DNA from: an uncultured Bacilli bacterium
GTDB taxonomy: Bacteria > Bacillota_I > Bacilli_A > RF39 > UBA660
Direction of reading: 5' to 3'
Assembly (NCBI GenBank): GCA_934099115.1
Contig: CAKOPK010000001.1
Location: 17,682-81,681, forward strand
DNA: 64,000 nt
Made by a program: the position numbers and the translations under genes. Positions 20,848 to 29,752 of the stretch are shown one piece after another; the first letter of the stretch is position 1, and every line of letters begins with the position of its first letter. The notes beneath the pieces were generated by a model. The model saw only the letters and a program-made list of their open reading frames with translations, had not been told where the DNA came from and made no database searches.

Positions 20848-21261
20848 TTAAATATTTTCTTTATCATTTATAATTTTTTTACTAAATATATAGGATCCTA
20901 TCGTTAGTACAATCGTTAATATAACTTTGCTTATATATAGATTTACCTTTAGTTTATCTACCATTCCGTATAGAAGTATTGTATCTAATCCTAAAAATAT
21001 TAGTTTCATTATACAAAAATTTATAATATTCTTTATTTCTTTTTTCGTATCTTTTATTTCGTGATTGAATGTTAATTTTGCATTAGCAAAGTAAGATATT
21101 ATAACTACTATTATATATGATATAACATTTGCAAGAACATAGTTCCATTTTAATATTTCGACAAATAGTGCTAATAAGCCAAAACTTAGTAGTGTCATTA
21201 CCCCACCTATTAAAGAAAATATTATAAATTCCTTTTGGGTTTTATTTACATATTTGGCCAT
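20848..21261 (-). CDS. GtrA-family small membrane protein (second copy)
   Basis: 137 aa with 4 TM helices and motif FIIFSLIGGVMT...ANAKLTF. Overlaps the upstream GT2 by 16 nt. Confidence 0.8.
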   Translation of the reverse strand: MAKYVNKTQKEFIIFSLIGGVMTLLSFGLLALFVEILKWNYVLANVISYIIVVIISYFANAKLTFNHEIKDTKKEIKNIINFCIMKLIFLGLDTILLYGMVDKLKVNLYISKVILTIVLTIGSYIFSKKIINDKENI

Positions 21262-22256
21262 AATTTACTTAAATCAATCCTTCCATAAATTTTAAAAAAT
21301 ATTTTAGATAATTTTATTTTGTATAATATATTGGTACCTGATAGTACCATTTTTATTATTTTTCTATCTTTTGTTTTTCTAAATAATTTTAAATACTTAT
21401 TCTTTTTAAAAGCTGGAAATTCTTCTTTTAAAAATTTAAAAGCTTTATTATATTCTATTCCCATGGCTTGTTTTCCAACTTTACAGCCACTTTTTAATAA
21501 GTGCCATATCATAGTTCGAAAAGCAAAATAAGTTAATATTTCTAAGTCTTCATCTGACTTTACAAATCTTTTTAAACTTATTAAATATTCCTGCTCTTTT
21601 TCAATACTTCCTTGTTTAAAAGTAGTAAGTGTTGTGTGAGAAATGGATGTAGGATTAACAATATAATTATAACCTGCTAGTTCTTTACATTTAAAGTTTG
21701 GTTTATTTAAAATAATTGCTGCTTGAAACATAATATCTTCTAATACTTTGCCATAGGGTAGAGTTATATTATTTTTTTCTAACCATTCTCTATTATAAAG
21801 CTTTCCTGATGAGCTTATATTTTGCCATAAAATATTTTTGGGATCTTTAAATATTCTTGTATATAATATATTTCCATCAGAACTAACTTTTTTTAAACCG
21901 GCTGCTACTACATCTATTTTATTTTTTTTAGTAATTCCTTGTAACATTTTTTCTATATAATCTGAATCTATTGTATCATCACAATCTAGAAACATTACAT
22001 AGTCTCCATTTGCAAATTTTAAGCCTTCGTTTTTGGCTCCTCCTGGGCCATTATTTGTTTTACTAATCACAGGAATTATTTTAGGCTTTTTTATATTTTT
22101 TTCTAATTCTTTAATTAGATTTACACTATTATCTTTTGATTTATCGTCTACTATAATTATTTCTACGTTTTTATAAGTTTGATTAACTACACAATCTACG
22201 CATTTTTTTAAGTATTTTTCGCCATTATAACATGGTATTATCACCGATACTAACAT
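21246..22256 (-). CDS. GT2 glycosyltransferase
   Basis: VSVIIPCYNGEKYL, VDDKSKDNS and LDCDDT (DxD) motifs. Confidence 0.85.
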   Translation of the reverse strand: MLVSVIIPCYNGEKYLKKCVDCVVNQTYKNVEIIIVDDKSKDNSVNLIKELEKNIKKPKIIPVISKTNNGPGGAKNEGLKFANGDYVMFLDCDDTIDSDYIEKMLQGITKKNKIDVVAAGLKKVSSDGNILYTRIFKDPKNILWQNISSSGKLYNREWLEKNNITLPYGKVLEDIMFQAAIILNKPNFKCKELAGYNYIVNPTSISHTTLTTFKQGSIEKEQEYLISLKRFVKSDEDLEILTYFAFRTMIWHLLKSGCKVGKQAMGIEYNKAFKFLKEEFPAFKKNKYLKLFRKTKDRKIIKMVLSGTNILYKIKLSKIFFKIYGRIDLSKLWPNM

Positions 22257-23776
22257 TCTTTTTCCCTCTTTCTTAGTTCTAAACTACTAGCTGCTAAAAA
22301 ACAAATTGGTCCAAATATTAAAGCCTTATATCTAGGTTGTACTCCGCCAAACACTAAAATGCAAGTATATCCAATGATAATTAACGAACTAATAAAAATC
22401 ATAAAGTTTCTTTTTTTAGAACGTAACTCTTTTATTAAAGCTACAATAATTAAGAAAAATAACATAGACATATAGCCATTTGCTATATAATTATAAATTT
22501 TTAAATAATTATCAGATATTTTTTGATCATATATTGCATCATTGCTATGATTTGCTATAGTAAATAAATCATACTCATTGTAATATGCGATAAAGAATTT
22601 TTGCCATAATATACTAGGTAAATATGGTAAATTATTAATAAATTGGTCTTTTGCTATACTTTTTACTTCTTCAATAGATTTTTCCACATCATTATTATTT
22701 TTTGCTAAAATATAATCATAAATATCATTGGCTGGTTTGGAATTATATTGCTTTTTCTCATCAATAGAATAACCCCATAATAAATATAAGCTTGTTGCAT
22801 CCACTACCTTTGTATTCGTTTTTTTCTCAACTACTTTATATAATATTTTATTTTCTATATTTAAAGCTAAAAAACAAATTAGAATAAAAGCTAGGCAATA
22901 TATAAGGCTTGATTTTAAATATTTTTTTCTTGTTTCTTTTTCTGTTAATATATTCGTAAAGCATAATATTTCGGCACATATAAATACTAATATGCCAAAA
23001 ATAGATAACGGTTTAAATAAATTAATCAAACATACACACAAAATATTTAAAATAGAAAATATTATTACTTCTTTTTTCTTTTCATTTTTTCTATAATAGA
23101 CTATTTTTGACCATGTTAAGAGCCACAGTGTAATTAAAAATATAGATAAATGGTCTGGTGTAGTTATATTACTATATATAATATGAGATGGAAAAAGCGT
23201 AAATAATAATATTGCAAAAATACCTGTTCGTTTAGAAAAGCTATTTTTACATGTAAAATATAAGGCAATACTGGTAAGAGTAAATAATATCCAATTTAAT
23301 ATTTTTATATTCATAATATTTTCTCCAAAAATATTATATATGACAGACACTACTTGCATATATGGATACCAAGCCGGGAAAGTACTATAATATGTTTGGT
23401 AAAAACTATTATCCGCTACAGAATTTCTTTTCGCAAATATTCCTGTATCTTTTAGATGATATACTGCATGTGGTGTTGCAAAATCAGATATTGGTACACT
23501 TTTCATTATTTGATCAGTTCCAATTCTTAAAGCAAGGCCTAAAACTATTATTAATATAACAGAAATAATTTCAGCATATTTATTTTCTAATTTTATTTTT
23601 TTAATTATAATATATACTATTAGTATTAATAGAGCATATGCTACTATTATACCAAAAGTCATTCTTCTACTTAATTCATATATACTTTGAAGTGGTAAAA
23701 TAAAGACTGCTATACTCATTATTATCATTAATATTAAGAAAGCATTTTGAGTAAATCTATTTAATTTTTTTATCAT
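22250..23776 (-). CDS. polytopic membrane protein, candidate GT-C (ArnT/PMT-like) glycosyltransferase
   Basis: 508 aa with ~12 TM helices and a periplasmic-type C-terminal loop. Translationally packed between a GT2 and the UbiA-family gene. Confidence 0.65.
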   Translation of the reverse strand: MIKKLNRFTQNAFLILMIIMSIAVFILPLQSIYELSRRMTFGIIVAYALLILIVYIIIKKIKLENKYAEIISVILIIVLGLALRIGTDQIMKSVPISDFATPHAVYHLKDTGIFAKRNSVADNSFYQTYYSTFPAWYPYMQVVSVIYNIFGENIMNIKILNWILFTLTSIALYFTCKNSFSKRTGIFAILLFTLFPSHIIYSNITTPDHLSIFLITLWLLTWSKIVYYRKNEKKKEVIIFSILNILCVCLINLFKPLSIFGILVFICAEILCFTNILTEKETRKKYLKSSLIYCLAFILICFLALNIENKILYKVVEKKTNTKVVDATSLYLLWGYSIDEKKQYNSKPANDIYDYILAKNNNDVEKSIEEVKSIAKDQFINNLPYLPSILWQKFFIAYYNEYDLFTIANHSNDAIYDQKISDNYLKIYNYIANGYMSMLFFLIIVALIKELRSKKRNFMIFISSLIIIGYTCILVFGGVQPRYKALIFGPICFLAASSLELRKREKEC

Positions 23777-23777
23777 G

Positions 23778-24623
23778 TTAGCCTCCTATATATATAGTTC
23801 CAAAAAGAATGATGGAGAAAATAAACAGAAGAACTAATAAAGAATAATTATTTAGTATTACTTCTACAGGATCTCCATAATTATCATTTTCTACTATCAT
23901 ACTATATTTCATACAAGTAATAATAGCTAAGGGTACTGTCCATATTAAATACTTATTTGGACTGGCATTACACCATAAAGAATAAAAGGCAATTGTCAGT
24001 GTTAAACAAAGATACATGTTTTTATCTAAGAAATCCACACTATAATATTCTAGTACTTTTCGAGTTTTTGCTCCATTCTTTTTGGTTTCATTTCTTCTTT
24101 TTCCTAAAGCTAAATAATAGGGAACAGATATTACTGTTAAAAGTAACCAATTGGATACAGAAATGTTAATTAAATACGAACCATAGAGTACTCTAGTTAA
24201 AAAACCTAATACAATTATTGTAATATCAACTAGAGGTATTTCTTTTAACTTTAAGCTATAGGCAATATTCATTATTATATAAAATAAGATGAAAGCAAAA
24301 CCATCTGGATTTTTAGTTAATAATTGGAATAATAAAGCCAAAACAAATGTTATAATAGATAGAATAATAGCATTTTTAACTGATACTCTACCAGATGCTA
24401 TTGGTCTATTCTTTTTTACTGAATGTTTTTTATCTTTTTCTTTGTCTTTTATGTCATTAATTATATAAATGGTTGAGGCTGCCATATCAAAACTTAGGAA
24501 GCCTAAAAAGGCTATTTTTAATAGTGAAATATCAAAAAGTTTTCCGGAAAATATTATAGGTAGAAAAATAAGAAAGTTTTTTATATAGTGTTTTGGTCTC
24601 ATTAATTTTATGTAATCTTTCAT
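23778..24623 (-). CDS. UbiA-family prenyltransferase, polyprenyl-phosphate phosphoribosyltransferase-like
   Basis: 281 aa with ~8 TM helices and an Asp-rich motif NDIKDKEKDKKH (NDxxDxxxD). Size and context resemble the decaprenyl-phosphate 5-phosphoribosyltransferase type. Confidence 0.75.
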   Translation of the reverse strand: MKDYIKLMRPKHYIKNFLIFLPIIFSGKLFDISLLKIAFLGFLSFDMAASTIYIINDIKDKEKDKKHSVKKNRPIASGRVSVKNAIILSIITFVLALLFQLLTKNPDGFAFILFYIIMNIAYSLKLKEIPLVDITIIVLGFLTRVLYGSYLINISVSNWLLLTVISVPYYLALGKRRNETKKNGAKTRKVLEYYSVDFLDKNMYLCLTLTIAFYSLWCNASPNKYLIWTVPLAIITCMKYSMIVENDNYGDPVEVILNNYSLLVLLFIFSIILFGTIYIGG

Positions 24624-25348
24624 TTTTTCTTAGCTTCCTTTCTAATCTGTAATATAAATTTTACATTATTATTCCAAAATCTTTTTATTCTTTTTGGCTC
24701 TTTTATAAGTCTATATAACCATTCTATGTTTAACTTTTGAAATACTTTTGGGGCTCTTTTTTTGGTTCCACTTAAAACATCTAATGAACCTCCAACACCA
24801 ACAAAAATCCCCTTATCAAAATTACTTAAATATTTATATATTAATTTCTCTTGAGCTGGTATTCCTAATGCTACTAAAACAACATCTGGCTTTTTTTTGA
24901 TTATTTTTTTATATTCTGCTTCTTTATTTTCTACATATCCATTTGTTAATCCTGCTATTTTAATATTTGGATAGTTTTTGATAATCTTTTCTTTTAAGGC
25001 TTCTAATACTTCTTGTTTGGAGCCAAAGAAATATACACTTTTTTTATAATCGTTAGCATATTCTAAAAGTTTTTCCGCTATTTCTACTCCTGGTATTCTT
25101 TCTTTAACATCAATATTAAACATTTTTGCAGCTTTTACAACACCTATACCATCTGGTACAACAATTACGTTTTTATCTAATATCATTTCAGAAATTTCTT
25201 CATCGATAGTAGCATAATTAAATGTTTCTGGATTAGCTGTAATAATAAATTCTTTTTTGTTATTTTTTAAGGCTTCTTTAATTTTTTTATAAAATGCTTC
25301 TTGTTCTTTAATATAAAGCTTTTTAAAATATCGATAATATTTTGACAT
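24620..25348 (-). CDS. tagA: WecG/TagA/CpsF-family (GT26) N-acetylmannosaminyltransferase
   Basis: PDGIGVV, ALGIPAQEKL, VGVGGSLDVLSG and EWLYRLIKEPKRIKR motifs. Confidence 0.88.
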   Translation of the reverse strand: MSKYYRYFKKLYIKEQEAFYKKIKEALKNNKKEFIITANPETFNYATIDEEISEMILDKNVIVVPDGIGVVKAAKMFNIDVKERIPGVEIAEKLLEYANDYKKSVYFFGSKQEVLEALKEKIIKNYPNIKIAGLTNGYVENKEAEYKKIIKKKPDVVLVALGIPAQEKLIYKYLSNFDKGIFVGVGGSLDVLSGTKKRAPKVFQKLNIEWLYRLIKEPKRIKRFWNNNVKFILQIRKEAKKK

Positions 25349-25350
25349 TT

Positions 25351-26409
25351 TTACACCTCCTTGTTGGTAAATAATTTATTTAATTCTTTTGTTATATTTT
25401 CGTTATATTCTTTTAAATCATTAAATTCTTTTTTTCCTTTTTTTTGATAATCTTTTAAATATAATAATACATCTTCTGTTCCTTTTATTGGAGGGCAATA
25501 TTTTTCCAAATGTTTTGGTATTAATATATCTAAACCTACAGACATAGCTTCTAATATTACCATTCCTTGACCTTCATAGCGGCTTGATAAGTAGAATAAA
25601 TCCATTTCTTTTAAGTATTTAAAAGGGTTTTTTTGATTTCCTAAAAAAGATACTTTATCTTCTATTAAAAGTTCTTTTGTTAATGTTAGAAGATTATCTT
25701 TTTCTGGTCCATCACCAATGACATATAAATGAAAGTCATCTCTAAACTCGCTTAGCTCTTTTATGTTTTTAAGCATTATATCGATTCCTTTTTGATGGCA
25801 TAATCTTCCTACTGTTACTATATTTAACTTACTTTTATCTGTTTTTAATTCACATTTCTCTTGCATTTTCTTTTTTATTTCTGCAGTATCTATATAATTG
25901 GGAATTACGTTATATTCTTTTTCTGGATAATTTTCTAATGTTTTAAAAGCATCTAAGGCTCCTTTAGAAACGGCATTATAAGAATCAAAATACTTATATT
26001 TGGCTTTAAAGAAGAAGTGTAATATTCGATATTTTGGTTCTTCTTTTAATTTTATTGGTATATCATTATGAATCCATATTGCTTTCTTTTTACTGTTGGC
26101 TTTTAAAGCACCTATGGCAGTTGCCATTTGATAACTATCAAAATCAATAGATATATCATATTCTTTTTTAAGTACTTTTGGTTTATATAAATTATATGCT
26201 AATTTAAAAGGAATAAAATTTAATAATTTAGATGGTTTTTCTAAATATATAATATTTACATTTTTAGGGGTATCATAAAAATTATCAGTATTAAATAAAT
26301 ATAAGTCTACATTATATTTATTAAAATTCATATTTTTTAACATGTTTACTATTGATTTTTGAATACCTCCTACTTTTAGATTATCGGTAAATATTGCAAT
26401 ATTTTTCAT
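25351..26409 (-). CDS. GT4 (group 1) glycosyltransferase
   Basis: GT-B layout with the C-terminal E-x7-E region (SRYEGQGMVILEAMSVG). Confidence 0.85.
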   Translation of the reverse strand: MKNIAIFTDNLKVGGIQKSIVNMLKNMNFNKYNVDLYLFNTDNFYDTPKNVNIIYLEKPSKLLNFIPFKLAYNLYKPKVLKKEYDISIDFDSYQMATAIGALKANSKKKAIWIHNDIPIKLKEEPKYRILHFFFKAKYKYFDSYNAVSKGALDAFKTLENYPEKEYNVIPNYIDTAEIKKKMQEKCELKTDKSKLNIVTVGRLCHQKGIDIMLKNIKELSEFRDDFHLYVIGDGPEKDNLLTLTKELLIEDKVSFLGNQKNPFKYLKEMDLFYLSSRYEGQGMVILEAMSVGLDILIPKHLEKYCPPIKGTEDVLLYLKDYQKKGKKEFNDLKEYNENITKELNKLFTNKEV

Positions 26410-26466
26410 AGTTAACTAACATTCCTTTCTATCGTCCTTTCAGTCCTCTGAAAGGCACAAATTGTA

Positions 26467-26486
26467 TTGAAATAAATAATTAAATT
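26467..26486. repeat. left inverted repeat of the IS (TTGAAATAAATAATTAAATT)
   Basis: 19/20 identical to the reverse complement of 28079-28098. Confidence 0.6.
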
Positions 26487-26514
26487 TTCAATACGCATCA
26501 TTTATTGTATAATA

Positions 26515-26660
26515 ATAAACTGTTATTGGGCGTACTACAGAGCACGGCGAGGTGAGTGGTGTTAAAGTATAACTTTAAACCCGTATAGTTATATGTGTCA
26601 ATTATTCTCGGTGTACAAATGAGTGTTGCCTTTATTGAGCACGGAACCTTATCTATGTGA
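26515..26660 (+). ncRNA. candidate IS110 bridge/seek-type guide RNA in the 5' non-coding end
   Basis: A GC-richer structured stretch just downstream of TTTTCA-17-TATAAT (26485-26513). Contains the hairpin GTTAAAGT-ATA-ACTTTAAC (26561-79) and two copies of GAGCACGG. Also contains ACAAAT (26615-20) and CCTTTA (26629-34), which equal the 6-mers flanking the element. Confidence 0.35.
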
Positions 26661-26740
26661 AAACCATTTCTTGTTATTTTCTAGTTGAGAATTTTCAGTC
26701 AAAGCCCTTTAACAAAATATTTTTAGAAAGGAAAATTTTT

Positions 26741-27983
26741 ATGTTAAAGATTGTTAACAGAAATTGTGCGGGAATTGATGTTCACAAAAAAATTATTGTT
26801 GTAACTATCGCTAAAACGAATGAACATGACATTACTGACTACCAAACTAAATCATTTAATACATTTACTGAAGACCTGATAAAATGTCGTGATTGGTTAA
26901 TTTCTAACGGTACTCTAGATGTCTGTATGGAATCTACTGGTAAGTATTGGATTCCTGTATTTAATATTTTAGAAGAAAAATGCAAATGTATTATTACTCA
27001 TCCTAAATATGTTAGAACAATACCCGGAAAGAAAACCGACAAGAAAGATTCAATTTGGATTGCAGATATGTTTAAACACGGTTTAGTCGAACCTTCATTC
27101 ATGCCACCAGCAGATATAAGACAATTAAGAGATCTGATGAGATATAGAAATAAACTAATTAATATTCGTTCTGGCGAAAAAAATAGATTTCAAAATTCTC
27201 TTACTATGTCTAATGTTCAAATTGCTAATGTTGTAACAGATGTTTTTTGGAAAACATCACAATCAATACTAAAGTTAATGCTTTCTAACCCAAACTTAAC
27301 CTTAGAAGATATTACACCATTACTTCGTAAAAATTTGAAATCATCACCTGAAGAGATTTTGAAATCTATAAATGGTAATTTTGATGAGTCTCAATCATCA
27401 AAAATGAATATTGTTCTAAAACATTATGATTCAATTAACGAATGCATTAATGAATTGGAAGAACAAATTTTAAAACTTGCAATTCAATATTCAACTGAAA
27501 TTAATCTTCTTTTAACAATTCCTGGTATAAAAGAAATATCAGCGATATTTATTATAGCAGAAATTGGTACAAATATGAATACTTTTATCGATGACAAGCA
27601 TCTTTGTTCTTGGGCTGGTCTTACTCCTAGATGTAATGAATCTGCCAAGAAAAAGAAGTCTGTTAGAATTACTAAAGCAGGAATTTATATCAAACCTTTA
27701 CTTGTTCAATGTGCCTTATGTGCCATTAAAGATAAATCTTGCCCCTATATTAAAGCCAGATATAAGACGACGTGGTCATAAGAAAGCTATCATTGCTATT
27801 GCAAGATTATTACTCACAAGTATTTATCATATTTTACTTACTGGTGAAGTTTTTGATTATCAAAGATTTGAAAATCTTATGGATAGAAATTTTAAATCTC
27901 ATAAAAATATTCAAAATACCCCAGAAGAAATGATTTCTTATTTAACTAATTTAGGTTACAACATTACTTTGCAGAATACCTAA
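26741..27983 (+). pseudogene. IS110-family (DEDD) transposase, frameshifted ~65 codons before the end
   Basis: Starts MLKIVNRNCAGIDVHKK..., with ATG 26741 behind an AAAGGAAA RBS. The first frame ends ...IKARYKTTWS* at 27781. Another frame continues RRRGHKKAIIAIARLLLTSIYHIL..., the conserved IS110 C-terminus. Confidence 0.85.
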
Positions 27984-28078
27984 TAACAGTTTACTATTTC
28001 AAAGAACGATTTATTTTATAGTCTTCATTGACTTCCATGTTCAAAAAATGCTATTTTTGAACTCCTTTTGCGTGTTTC

Positions 28079-28098
28079 AATTTAATTATTTTTTTCAA
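28079..28098. repeat. right inverted repeat of the IS (AATTTAATTATTTTTTTCAA)
   Basis: Reverse complement is 19/20 identical to 26467-26486. Confidence 0.6.
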
Positions 28099-28107
28099 CC
28101 TTTACCT

Positions 28108-28827
28108 CTATTCGTGATTTCTTGCTATCCATTTATTATAAAGTCTTGCTCCTTTTGGAGTTTTAATTCTTAATTTGAAAAACTTAACTAGTTTTCTTTT
28201 TAATGGTTTTGCCCCTTCCATCCAACTTCCATTAAATACATGAATAACTTTTGATTTAGACGATGGATTACATAATACTTCTTTTTTATATACTTTAATA
28301 TCATCATCTAACAATTGTTCAATATTTCCAGTTTTGCAACCATAATCATTGATTAAAATATTTCCTACTATTTTAGTATTTACTTCTTTCATTTGGTCAT
28401 TTTTATCAAATCTAAATTCTGCAGTCTTATAATAATCTAATATCTTTTTTAAAAATGGATGATGTTTTTCTGCACCAAAGCAAGCAGTGAATGGATAATC
28501 ATCATTTTCATAACCTACGAATGCTCTGTTATTTAATAAATCATCAATGTTTGCTACTACTAAATTATCAGTGTCTAAATAAACTCCGCCTTCTGTATAA
28601 AGAGCATATGCTCTAATATAATCGCTTACATAAGCCCATTTTTTAGCCTCATAGGCAGCTTTACAAAATGGATGAGAGTTTATATCAAAGTTTGTTTCGT
28701 TCCATTCCTTTATTTCATAATCTTTTAAGTTTCTTTGCCAACTTTGCATACAAATTTGGATTTCTTTTGGCTTAGGATTTCCTCCTACCCATACATAGTG
28801 AATCTTTTTTGGTATTTTATTTTTCAT
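28108..28827 (-). CDS. GT32-like glycosyltransferase (DXD sugar-binding region type)
   Basis: IPKKIHYVWVGGNPKP, SDYIRAYALYTEGGVYLDTDN. Confidence 0.8.
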   Translation of the reverse strand: MKNKIPKKIHYVWVGGNPKPKEIQICMQSWQRNLKDYEIKEWNETNFDINSHPFCKAAYEAKKWAYVSDYIRAYALYTEGGVYLDTDNLVVANIDDLLNNRAFVGYENDDYPFTACFGAEKHHPFLKKILDYYKTAEFRFDKNDQMKEVNTKIVGNILINDYGCKTGNIEQLLDDDIKVYKKEVLCNPSSKSKVIHVFNGSWMEGAKPLKRKLVKFFKLRIKTPKGARLYNKWIARNHE

Positions 28828-29752
28828 TTTGTCCTCCTTTAATATAACCCCAATAGGTTAATTTTGTATCATTTTGTTCTTTTAATTCAATTTTGTAAGA
28901 TAACTTGTGTAATTTATTAGTTTTCTTTAATTCTTCATACTCTTTAATATTAAAATCTTTATTTAGAAGTTGTTCTAGCTTGTGAATATTTTGATTATTT
29001 ATTTTATTATTATCAATGTCTTTTTTTACAATTATAAAGTTTTTGTAGGCCATATCAATCATATAATCCATTAAAAAATAATCAATTATAATATTCTCTT
29101 CTTGCCAATATTCTAAGTAAAAATCATACATAAATTTATAAAGTTTTGGGTTTATCTTTCCTAAGAAAAAACCACACCAACGGCCTTTAGAAATACTTGT
29201 TTTTTCTTTGCAAGGAAATTTTATAGTTTTAATATCATTAATTTCTTTTTTAGGTATAGGTTCTGATACATAAATAGTAGCATCTAACCATATTCCTCCG
29301 TGTTCACTTAATAATTTTGCCCTAACGATATCCGAAAAATGAGCTGGACCTATTATTTTTTGATTAAATTTTTCATAAATATAATCTGGTAACTCAATAT
29401 AATCCTTTAGGTTTTCTTTGCTAATTATAATTACTTTGTGACTTTTCAATTTCTTACGCATATTTTCGATGCATAATTTTACTAGTTCAGGCATTTCTTT
29501 TTCTCCTTGATACCAAAATACCCAGATTAAATTGTCATTCTTGTGATATTCAATATCTACGTCTTTGTATTTATCAATTAAATAATTATATTTGGTTTCT
29601 AATCTTTTAGCAATCATGTTATTCTTTTTAATTGTAAGATTTTGTTTTAAATTATCTAGAACATGAAATTTATTTAAAAATAAAATTATAAATTCTACAA
29701 GAAATAATTTTAAACCATAAGACTTTATATACTCTAAGGGATGCTTTTTCAT
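28817..29752 (-). CDS. capsular polysaccharide synthesis (Caps_synth-like) glycosyltransferase
   Basis: IWVFWYQGEKEMPELVKLCI, FSDIVRAKLLSEHGGIWLDATI. Confidence 0.75.
   Translation of the reverse strand: MKKHPLEYIKSYGLKLFLVEFIILFLNKFHVLDNLKQNLTIKKNNMIAKRLETKYNYLIDKYKDVDIEYHKNDNLIWVFWYQGEKEMPELVKLCIENMRKKLKSHKVIIISKENLKDYIELPDYIYEKFNQKIIGPAHFSDIVRAKLLSEHGGIWLDATIYVSEPIPKKEINDIKTIKFPCKEKTSISKGRWCGFFLGKINPKLYKFMYDFYLEYWQEENIIIDYFLMDYMIDMAYKNFIIVKKDIDNNKINNQNIHKLEQLLNKDFNIKEYEELKKTNKLHKLSYKIELKEQNDTKLTYWGYIKGGQNEK

Larger units (their letters stand above)
26463..28098 (+). mobile_element. IS110-family insertion sequence (~1.63 kb); ends approximate
   Basis: IS110-type transposase flanked by 19/20 inverted repeats at 26467-26486 and 28079-28098. 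Inserted antisense inside a minus-strand glycosyltransferase operon. Confidence 0.7.

Noticed and set aside
26436-26455. Perfect hairpin CCTTTCAG-TCCT-CTGAAAGG, considered as the IS terminus or an intrinsic terminator.
   Set aside because: It lies outside the inverted repeats and has no T-run on either strand. Its role is unresolved, so it is mentioned only under the operon-disruption finding.
27591-27983. 130-aa ORF as an independent gene downstream of the transposase.
   Set aside because: Only its last ~65 codons look like protein, and they are the conserved IS110 C-terminus. It is the shifted continuation of the transposase.
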